From assembly GCA_964016885.1 (NCBI GenBank), contig OZ024747.1:33294001-33358000 (forward strand): DNA of 64,000 nucleotides, read 5' to 3'. The translations under genes were made by a program, and so were the position numbers. The notes under the pieces are model-generated. The model made no database searches. It was not told the DNA's origin and saw only the letters and a program-made list of their open reading frames with translations. Position 1 is the stretch's first letter; each line of letters begins with the position of its first letter. Origin of the DNA: Eledone cirrhosa (lineage: Eukaryota). Of the stretch, positions 1 to 12,800 are shown one piece after another.

Positions 1-1070
1 TTAACAACAATACATGTAACAACCATAACAGAAATAACACTAACAACGTTAACAACAACCATAACAGAAATAACACACACAACGGTAACAACAATACATG
101 TAACAACCATAACAGAAATAACACTAGTAACGTTAACAACAATACATGTAACAACCATAACAATAATAACACTAACAACGTTAACAACAATACATGTAAA
201 AACAATAACATAAATAACACTAGTAACGTTAACAACAATACATGTAACAACCATAACAGAAATAACACTAACTACGTTAACAACAATACATGTAACGACC
301 ATAACAGAAATAACACTAACAACGTTAACAACAATACATGTAACAACCATAACAGAAATAACCCGAGCAACGTTAACAACAATACATGTAACAACCATAA
401 CAGAAATAACACTAGTAACATTAGCAACAATACATGTAACAACCTTAATAGAAATAACACTAGCAACGTTAACAACAATACATGTAACAGCCATAACAGA
501 AATAACACTAGCAGCGTTAACAACAATACATGTAACAACCATGACAGAAATAACACTAGCAGCGTTAACAACAATACATCTAACAACCATAACAGAAATA
601 ACACTAGTAACGTTAACAACAATACATGTAACAACGATAACAGAAATAACACTCGTAACGTTAGCAACAATACATGTCACAACCATAACAGCAATAACAC
701 TAACAACGTTAACAACAACTATAACAGAAATAACACTCACAACGGTAACAACAATCAATGTAACAGCCATAACAGAAATAACACTAGTAACGTTAACAAC
801 AACACATGTACCAACAATAACAGAAATAACACTAGTAACGTTAACAACAATACATGTAACAACCATAACAGAAATAACACGAGTAACTTTAACAACAATA
901 CATGTAACAACCATAACAGAAATAACATTAGCAACGTTAACAACAATACATGTAACAACCATAACAGAAATAACACTAACAACGTTAACAACAATACATG
1001 TAACAACCATAACAGAAATATCACTAACAACGTTAACAACAATATATGTAACAACCATAACAGAAATAAC
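1..1070 (+). repeat. Dispersed copy of the block at about 9722-10790 (offset 9721)
   Basis: ORFs 272..670 and 9993..10391 are identical. Rare variants are shared: CATGACAG at 540/10261, CATCTAAC, and ACACATGTACC. Confidence 0.85.
49..84 (+). repeat. Example of the 36-bp short monomer (12-bp deletion of TACATGTAACAA), dispersed throughout the array
   Basis: 49-84 reads TTAACAACAACCATAACAGAAATAACACACACAACG. The same deletion recurs, e.g. near 709, 1418, 1741, 1921, 8043 and 22000-22100, and appears as LTTTITEI in the Thr-frame translations. Confidence 0.97.
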
Positions 1071-1679
1071 GCTAGCAACGTTAACAACAATACATGTAAC
1101 AACCATAACAGAAATAACACTAGCAACGTTAACTACAATACATGTAACAACTATAACAGAAATAACACTAGTAACGTTAGCAACGATACATGTCACAACC
1201 ATAACAGAAATAACACGAGTAACTTTAACAACAATACATGTAACAACCATAACAGAAATAACATTAGCAACGTTAACAACAATACATGTAACAACCATAA
1301 CAGAAATAACACTAACAACGTTAACAACAATACATGTAACAACCATAACAGAAATATCACTAACAACGTTAACAACAATATATGTAACAACCATAACAGA
1401 AATAATACTAACACAGTTAACAACAACTATAACAGAAATAACACTCACAACGGTAACAACAACACGTGTAACAACCATAACAGAAATAACACTAGTAACG
1501 TTAACAACAATACATGTAACAAACATAACAGAAATTATACAAGTAAAATTAGCAACAATACATGTAACAATCTTAATAGAAATAACACTAACAACGTTAA
1601 CAACAATACATGTCACAACCATAACAGAAATAAAACGAGTAACGTTAACAACAATACATGTAACAACCATAACAGAAAT

Positions 1680-4600
1680 AACACTAACGACGTTAACAAA
1701 AATACATATAACAACCATAACAGAAATAACACTAACAAAGTTAACAACAACTATAACAGAAATAACACTCACAACGGTAACAACAATACATGTAACAACA
1801 ATAACAGAAATAACACTAGTAACGTTAACAACAATACGTGTAACAACCATAACAGAAATAACACTAACAACGTTAACAACAATACATGTAACAACCATAA
1901 CAGAAATAAGACTAACAACGTTAACAACAACCATAACAGAAATAACACTAACAACGTTAACAACAATACATGTAACAAACATAACAGAAATAACACTAAC
2001 AACCTTAACAACAATACATGTAACAACCAAAACAGAAATAACACTAGCAACGTTAACAACAATACATGTAACAACCATAACAGAAATAACACTAGCAACG
2101 TTAACAACAATACATGTAACAACCATAACATAAATAACACTAACAACGTTAACAACAATACAAGTAACAACCGTAACAGAGATAACACTAGTGACGTTAA
2201 CAGCAATACACGTGACAACCTTCAGAGAAATAACACTAGTAACGTTAACAACAATACATGTAACAACCATAACAGAAATAACACTAACAACGTTAACAAC
2301 AATACATGTAACAAACATAACAGAAATTATACAAGTAAAATTAGCAACAATACATGTAACAATCTTAATAGAAATAACACTAGCAACGTTAACAACAATA
2401 CATGTAACAACCATAACAGAAATAACACTAGCAACGTTAACAACAATACATGTAACAACCATAACAGAAATAACACTAGCAACGTTAACAACAATACATG
2501 TAACAACCATAACAGAAATAACACTAGCAACGTTAACAACAATACATGTAACAACGATAACAGAAATAACACTATTAACGTTAGCAACAATACATATCAC
2601 AACAATAACAGAAATAACACGAGTAACGTTAACAACAATACATGTAACAGCCATAACAGAAATAACACTAGTAACGTTAACAACAATACATGTAACAACC
2701 ATAACAGAAATAACACTAACAACGTTAACAACAATACATGTAACAACCATAACAGAAATATCACTAACAACGTTAACAACAATACATGTAACAACTATAA
2801 CAGAAATAACACTAACAACGATAACAACAATACATATAACAACCATAACAGAAATAAAACTAACAACGTTAACAACAATACATGCAACAACCATAACAGA
2901 AATAACATTAACTACGTTAACAACAATACATGTAACAACCATAACAGAAATAACACTAACAACGTTAACAACAATACATGTAACAACCATAACAGATATA
3001 ACATTAACAACATTAACAACAATACATGTAACAACCATAACAGAAATAACACTAACAACGTTAACAACAATACATGTAACAACCATAACAGAACTAACAC
3101 TAACAACGTTAACAACAATACATGTAACAACAATAACAGAAATAACACTAGTAACGTTAACAACAATACATGTAACAACCATAACAGAAATAACACTAAC
3201 GACGTTAACAACAATACATATAACAACCATAACAGAAATAACACTAACAACGTTAACAACAACTATAACAGAAATAACACTCACAACGGTAACAACAATA
3301 CATGTAACAACAATAACAGAAATAACACTAGTAACGTTAACAACAATACGTGTAACAACCATAGCAGAAATAACACTAACAACGTTAACAACAATACATG
3401 TAACAACCATAACAGAAATAAGACTAACAACGTTAACAACAACCATAACAGAAATAACACTAACAACGTTAACAACAATACATGTAACAAACATAACAGA
3501 AATAACACTAACAACCTTAACAACAATACATGTAACAACCATAACAGAAATAACACTAGCAACGTTAACAACAATACATGTAACAACCATAACAGAAATA
3601 ACACTAGCAATGTTAACAACAATACATGTAACAGCCATAACATAAATAACACTAACAACGTTAACAACAATACAAGTAACAACCGTAACAGAGATAACAC
3701 TAGTGACGTTAACAGCAATACATGTGACAACCATAAGAGAAATAACACTAACAACGTTAACAACAATACATGTAACAACCATAACAGAAATAACACTAGT
3801 AACGTTAAAAACAATACATGTAACAACCATAACACAAATAACACTAGCAACGTTATCAACAATACAAGTGACAACCATAACAGAAATAACACTAGCAACG
3901 TTAACAACAATACATGTAACAAACATAACAGAAATTATACAAGTAAAATTAGCAACAATACATGTAACAATCTTAATAGAAATAACACTAGCAACGTTAA
4001 CAACAATACATGTAACAACCTTAACAGAAATAACACTAGCAACGTTAACAACAATACATGTAACAACCATAACAGAAATAACACTAGCAACGTTAACAAC
4101 AATACATGTAACAACCATAACAGAAATAACACTAGCAACGTTAACAACAATACATGTAACAACGATAACAGAAATAACACTATTAACGTTAGCAACAATA
4201 CATGTCACAACGATAACAGAAATAACACGAGTAACGTTAACAACAATACATGTAACAGCCATAACAGAAATAACACTAGTAACGTTAACAACAATACATG
4301 TAACAACCATAACAGAAATAACACTAACAACGTTAACAACAATACATGTAACAACCATAACAGAAATATCACTAACAACGATAACAACAATACATGTAAC
4401 AACTATAACAGAAATAACACTAACAACGATAACAACAATGCATGTAACAACCATAACATAAATAAAACTAACAACGTTAACAACAATACATGCAACAACC
4501 ATAACAGAAATAACATTAACTACGTTAAGAACAATACATGTAACAACCATAACAGAAATAACACTAACAACGTTAACAACAATACATGTAACAACCATAA

Positions 4601-4700
4601 CAGAAATAACATTAACAACATTAACAACAATACATGTAACAACCATAACAGAAATAACACTAACAACGTTAACAACAATACATGTAACAACCATAACAGA
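1680..4700 (+). repeat. Diverged higher-order tandem duplication, period about 1512-1608 bp
   Basis: ORF pairs 1769/3281 and 2191/3703 have offset 1512; 2327/3935 and 2597/4205 have offset 1608. Shared rare variants include CCGTAACAGAGATAAC..GTGACG and GAAATTATACAAGTAAAATT. Confidence 0.8.
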
Positions 4701-6299
4701 AATAACATTAACAACGTTAACAACAATACCTGTAACAACCATAACAGAAATAACACTAACAACGTTAATAACAATACATGTAACAACCATAACAGAAATA
4801 ACACTAACAACGTTAACAACAATACATGTAACAACCATAACAGAAATAACATAACAACGTTAACAACAATACATGTAACAGCCATAACAGAAATAACACT
4901 AACAACGTTAACAACAATACATGTAACAACCATAACAGAAATAACACTAACAACGTTAACAACAACCATAAAAGAAATAACACTAGTAACGTTAACAACA
5001 ACACATGTAACAACCATAACAGAAATAACACTAACAATGTTAACAACAACCATAACAGAAATAACACTAACAACGTTAACAACAATACATTTAACAACCA
5101 TAACAGTATTAACACTAGCAACGTTAACAACAATACATGTAACAACCATAACAGAAATAACGCTAGCAACGTTAACAACAATACATGTAACAACCATAAC
5201 AGAAATAACACTAGCAACGTTAACTACAATACATGTAACAACTATAACAGAAATAACACTAGTAACGTTAGCAACGATACATGTCACAACCATAACAGAA
5301 ATAACACGAGTAACTTTAACAACAATACATGTAACAACCATAACAGAAATAACATTAGCAACGTTAACAACAATACATGTAACAACCATAACAGAAATAA
5401 CACTAACAACGTTAACAACAATACATGTAACAACCATAACAGAAATATCACTAACAACGTTAACAACAATATATGTAACAACCATAACAGAAATAATACT
5501 AACACAGTTAACAACAACTATAACAGAAATAACACTCACAACGGTAACAACAACACGTGTAACAACCATAACAGAAATAACACTAGTAACGTTAACAACA
5601 ATACATGTAACAACCATAACAGAAATAACACTAACAACGTTAACAACAACTATAACAGAAATAACACTCACAACGGTAACAACAATACATGTAACAACAA
5701 TAACAGAAATAACACTAGTAACGTTAACAACAATACGTGTAACAACCATAACAGAAATAACACTAACAACGTTAACAACAATACATGTAACAACCATAAC
5801 AGAAATAACACTAACAACGTTAACAACAATACATGAAACAAACATAACAGAAATAACACTAGCAACGTTAACAACAATACAAGTAACAACCATAACAGAA
5901 ATAACACGAGTAACGTTAACAACAATACATGTAACAACCATAACAGAAATAACACTAGCAACGTTACCAACAATACATGTAACAACAATAACAGAAATAA
6001 CACTAACAGCGTTAACAACAATACATGTAACAACCATAACAGAAATATCACTAACAACGTTAACAACAATACATGTAACAAATATAACAGAAATAACACT
6101 AACAACGATAACAACAATACATGTAACAACCATAACTGAAATAACACTAACAACGTTAACAACAATACATGCAACAACCATAACAAAAATAACATTAACT
6201 ACGTTAACAACAATACATGTAACAACCATAACAGAAATAGCACTAACAACGTTAACAACAATACATGTAACAACCATAACAGAAATAACACTAACAACG

Positions 6300-9100
6300 T
6301 TAACAACAATACATGTAACAGCCATAACAGAAATAACTCTAACAACGTTAACAACAATACATGTAACAACCATAACAGAAATAACACTAACAACGTTAAC
6401 AACAACCATAACAGAAATAACACTCACAACGGTAACAACAATACATGTAACAACCATAACAGAAATAACACTAGTAACGTTAACAACAATACATGTAACA
6501 ACCATAACAAAAATAACACTAACAACGTTAACAACAATACATGTAAAAACAATAACAGAAATAACTCTAGTAACGTTAACAACAATACATGTAACAACAA
6601 TAACAGAAATAACACTAACTACGTTAACAACAATACATGTAACGACCATAACAGAAATAACACTAACAACGTTAACAACAATACATGTAACAACCATAAC
6701 AGAAATAACACTAGTAACATTAGCAACAATACATGTAACGACCTTAATAGAAATAACACTAGCAACGTTAACAACAATACATGTAACAGCCATAACAGAA
6801 ATAACATTAGCAACGTTAACAACAATACATGTAACAACCATAATAACAGAAATAACATTAGCAACGTTAACAACAATACATGTAACAACCATAACAGAAA
6901 TAACACTAGTAACGTTAACAACAATACATGTAACAACGATAACAGAAATAACACTAGTAACGTTAGCAACAATACATGTCACAACCATAACAGCAGTAGC
7001 ACTAACAACGTTAACAACAACTATAACAGAAATAACACTCACAACGGTAACAACAATAAATGTAACAACCATAACAGAAATAACACTAGCAACGTTAACA
7101 ACAATACATGTAACAACCATAACAGAAATAACACTAGCAACGTTAACAACAATACATGTAACAACCATAACAGAAATAACACTAGCAACGTTAACAACAA
7201 TACATGTAACAACCATAACAGAAATAGCACTAGCAACGTTAACAACAATACATGTAACAACCATAACAGAAATAACACTAGTAACGTTAACAACAATACA
7301 TGTAACAACGATAACAGAAATAACACTAACAACGTTAACAACAATACATGTAACAACCATAACAGAAATAACACTAACAACGTTAACAATAATACATGTA
7401 ACAGCCATAACAGAAATAACTCTAACAACGTTAACAACAATACATGTAACAACCATAACCGAAATAACACTAACAACGTTAACAACAACCATAACAGAAA
7501 TAACACTCACAACGGTAACAACAATACATGTAACAACCATAACAGAAATAACACTAGTAACGTTAACAACTTTACATGTAACAACCATAACAGAAATAAC
7601 ACTAACAACGTTAACAACAATACATGTAACAACAATAACAGAAATAACACTAGTAACGTTAACAACAATACATGTAACAACCATAACAGAAATAACACTA
7701 ACTACGTTAACAACAATACATGCAACAACCATAACAAAAATAACATTAACTACGTTAACAACAATACATGTAACAACCATAACAGAAATAACACTAACAA
7801 CGTTAACAACAATACATGTAACAACCATAACAGAAATAACATTAACAACATTAACAACAATACATGTAACAACCATAACAGAAATAACACTAACAACGTT
7901 AACAACAATACATGTAACAACCATAACAGAAATAACACTAACAACGTTAACAACAATACATGTAACAGCCATAACAGAAATAACACTAACAACGTTAACA
8001 ACAATACATGTAACAACCATAACAGAAATAACACTAACAACGTTAACAACAACCATAACAGAAATAACAATAACAACGTTAACAACAATACATGTAACAA
8101 CCATAACAGAAATAACACTAACAACGGTAACAACAACCATAACAGAAATAACACTAACAACGTTAACAACAATACATGTAACAACCATAACAGAAATAGC
8201 ACTAACAACGTTAACAACAATACATGTAACAACCATAACAGAAATAACACTAACAACGTTAACAACAATACATGTAACAGCCATAACAGAAATAACTCTA
8301 ACAACGTTAACAACAATACATGTAACAACCATAACAGAATAACACTAGCAACGTTAACAACAATACAAGTAACAACCATAACAGAAATAACACTAGCAAC
8401 GTTAACAACAATACATGTAACAGCCATAACAGAAATAACACTAGTAACATTAGCAACAATACATGTAACAACCTTAATAGAAATAACACTAGCAACGTTA
8501 ACAACAGTACATGTAACAACCATAACAGAAATAACACTAGCAACGTTAACAACAATACATGTAACAACCATAACAGAAATAACATGGGCAACGTTAACAA
8601 CAATACATGTAACAACCATAACAGAAATAACACTAGTAACGTTAACAACAATACATGTAACAACGATAACAGAAATAACACTAGTAACGTTAGCAACAAT
8701 ACATGTCACAACCATAACAGAAATACCACTAACAACGTTAAGAACAATACATGTAACAACCATAACAGAAATAATACTAACACCGTTAACAACAACTATA
8801 AAAGAAATAACACTCACAACGGTAACAACAACACGTGTAACAACCATAACAGAAATAACACTAGTAACGTTAACAACAATACATGTAACAACCATAACAG
8901 AAATAACACTAACAACGTTAACAACAATACATGTAACAACAATAACAGAAATAACACTAGTAACGTTAACAACAATACATGTAACAACCATAACAGAAAT
9001 AACACTAACGACGTTAACAGCAATACATATAACAACGATAACAGAAATAACACTAACAACGTTAACAACAACTATAACAGAAATAACACTCACAACGGTA
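6300..9100 (+). repeat. Block duplicated at about 13180-15980 (offset 6878)
   Basis: ORF pairs 6424/13302, 6619/13497, 7039/13917, 8307/15185, 8584/15462 and 8814/15692 all differ by 6878. Both copies share the +3 insertion CCATAATAACAG and the ACTTTACATG variant. Confidence 0.88.
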
Positions 9101-9149
9101 ACAACAATACATGTAACAACCATAACAGAAATAACACTAACAACGTTAA

Positions 9150-12100
9150 CAACAATACATGTAACAACGATAACAGAAATAACACTAGTAACGTTAGCAA
9201 CAATACATGTCACAACCATAACAGAAATAACACGAGTAACGTTAACAACAATACATGTAACAACCATAACAGAAATATCACTAGCAACGTTACCAACAAT
9301 ACATGTAACAACAATAACAGAAATAACACTAACAGCGTTAACAACAATACATGTAACAACCATAACAGAAATATCACTAACAACGTTAACAACAATACAT
9401 GCAACAACCATAACAAAAATAACATTAACTACGTTAACAACAATACATGTAACAACCATAACAGAAATAACACTAACATCGTTAACATCAATACATGTAA
9501 CAACCATAACAGAAATAACATTAACAACATTAACAACAATACATGTAACAACCATAACAGAAATAACACTAACAACGTTAACAACAATACATGTAACAAC
9601 CATAACAGAAATAGCACTAACAACGTTAACAACAATACATGTAACAACCATAACAGAAATAACACTAACAACGTTAACAACAATACATGTAACAGCCATA
9701 ACAGAAATAACTCTAACAACGTTAACAACAATACATGTAACAACCATAACAGAAATAACACTAACAACGTTAACAACAACCATAACAGAAATAACACACA
9801 CAACGGTAACAACAATACATGTAACAACCATAACAGAAATAACACTAGTAACGTTAACAACAATACATGTAACAACCATAACAATAATAACACTAACAAC
9901 GTTAACAACAATACATGTAAAAACAATAACATAAATAACACTAGTAACGTTAACAACAATACATGTAACAACCATAACAGAAATAACACTAACTACGTTA
10001 ACAACAATACATGTAACGACCATAACAGAAATAACACTAACAACGTTAACAACAATACATGTAACAACCATAACAGAAATAACCCGAGCAACGTTAACAA
10101 CAATACATGTAACAACCATAACAGAAATAACACTAGTAACATTAGCAACAATACATGTAACAACCTTAATAGAAATAACACTAGCAACGTTAACAACAAT
10201 ACATGTAACAGCCATAACAGAAATAACACTAGCAGCGTTAACAACAATACATGTAACAACCATGACAGAAATAACACTAGCAGCGTTAACAACAATACAT
10301 CTAACAACCATAACAGAAATAACACTAGTAACGTTAACAACAATACATGTAACAACGATAACAGAAATAACACTCGTAACGTTAGCAACAATACATGTCA
10401 CAACCATAACAGCAATAACACTAACAACGTTAACAACAACTATAACAGAAATAACACTCACAACGGTAACAACAATCAATGTAACAGCCATAACAGAAAT
10501 AACACTAGTAACGTTAACAACAACACATGTACCAACAATAACAGAAATAACACTAGTAACGTTAACAACAATACATGTAACAACCATAACAGAAATAACA
10601 CGAGTAACTTTAACAACAATACATGTAACAACCATAACAGAAATAACATTAGCAACGTTAACAACAATACATGTAACAACCATAACAGAAATAACACTAA
10701 CAACGTTAACAACAATACATGTAACAACCATAACAGAAATATCACTAACAACGTTAACAACAATATATGTAACAACCATAACAGAAATAATACTAACACA
10801 GTTAACAACAACTATAACAGAAATAACACTCACAACGGTAACAACAACACGTGTAACAACCATAACAGAAATAACACTAGTAACGTTAACAACAATACAT
10901 GTAACAACCATAACAGAAATAACACTAACAACGTTAACAACAACTATAACAGAAATAACACTCACAACGGTAACAACAATACATGTAACAACGATAACAG
11001 AAATAACACTAGTAACGTTAGCAACAATACATGTCACAACCATAACAGAAATAACACGAGCAACGTTAACAACAATACATGTAACAACCATAACAGAAAT
11101 ATCACTAGCAACGTTACCAACAATACATGTAACAACAATAACAGAAATAACACTAACAGCGTTAACAACAATACATGTAACAACCATAACAGAAATATCA
11201 CTAACAACGTTAACAACAATACATGCAACAACCATAACAAAAATAACATTAACTACGTTAACAACAATACATGTAACAACCATAACAGAAATAACACTAA
11301 CATCGTTAACATCAATACATGTAACAACCATAACAGAAATAACATTAACAACATTAACAACAATACATGTAACAACCATAACAGAAATAACACTAACAAC
11401 GTTAACAACAATACATGTAACAACCATAACAGAAATAGCACTAACAACGTTAACAACAATACATGTAACAACCATAACAGAAATAACACTAACAACGTTA
11501 ACAACAATACATGTAACAGCCATAACAGAAATAACTCTAACAACGTTAACAACAATACATGTAACAACCATAACAGAAATAACACTAACAACGTTAACAA
11601 CAACCATAACAGAAATAACACACACAACGGTAACAACAATACATGTAACAACCATAACAGAAATAACACTAGTAACGTTAACAACAATACATGTAACAAC
11701 CATAACAATAATAACACTAACAACGTTAACAACAATACATTTAAAAACAATAACATAAATAACACTAGTAACGTTAACAACAATACATGTAACAACCATA
11801 ACAGAAATAACACTAACTACGTTAACAACAATACATGTAACGACCATAACAGAAATAACACTAACAACGTTAACAACAATACATGTAACAACCATAACAG
11901 AAATAACCCGAGCAACGTTAACAACAATACATGTAACAACCATAACAGAAATAACACTAGTAACATTAGCAACAATACATGTAACAACCTTAATAGAAAT
12001 AACACTAGCAACGTTAACAACAATACATGTAACAGCCATAACAGAAATAACACTAGCAGCGTTAACAACAATACATGTAACAACCATAACAGAAATAACA

Positions 12101-12800
12101 CTAGCAGCGTTAACAACAATACATCTAACAACCATAACAGAAATAACACTAGTAACGTTAACAACAATACATGTAACAACGATAACAGAAATAACACTCG
12201 TAACGTTAGCAACAATACATGTCACAACCATAACAGCAATAACACTAACAACGTTAACAACAACTATAACAGAAATAACACTCACAACGGTAACAACAAT
12301 CAATGTAACAGCCATAACAGAAATAACACTAGTAACGTTAACAACAACACATGTACCAACAATAACAGAAATAACACTAGTAACGTTAACAACAATACAT
12401 GTAACAACCATAACAGAAATAACACGAGTAACTTTAACAACAATACATGTAACAACCATAACAGAAATAACATTAGCAACGTTAACAACAATACATGTAA
12501 CAACCATAACAGAAATAACACTAACAACGTTAACAACAATACATGTAACAACCATAACAGAAATATCACTAACAACGTTAACAACAATATATGTAACAAC
12601 CATAACAGAAATAATACTAACACAGTTAACAACAACTATAACAGAAATACCACTCACAACGGCAACAACAACACGTGTAACAACCATAACAGAAATAACA
12701 CTAGTAACGTTAACAACAATACATGTAACAACCATAACAGAAATAACACTAACAACGTTAACAACAACTATAACAGAAATAACACTCACAACGGTAACAA
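9150..12800 (+). repeat. Higher-order tandem duplication, period 1824 bp (2 copies)
   Basis: ORF pairs 9210/11034, 9429/11253, 9993/11817 and 10476/12300 all differ by 1824 and have near-identical translations. Confidence 0.9.

Noticed and set aside
10-19. p53 half-site around CATG
   Set aside because: The 10-mer ATACATGTAA matches only 7 of 10 positions of RRRCWWGYYY, and there is no adjacent second half-site.
32-37. AAA-TAA as a Euplotes-type +1 programmed frameshift site in each unit
   Set aside because: The same frame has four other TAA codons per unit without the AAA context, and the motif is expected from base composition.
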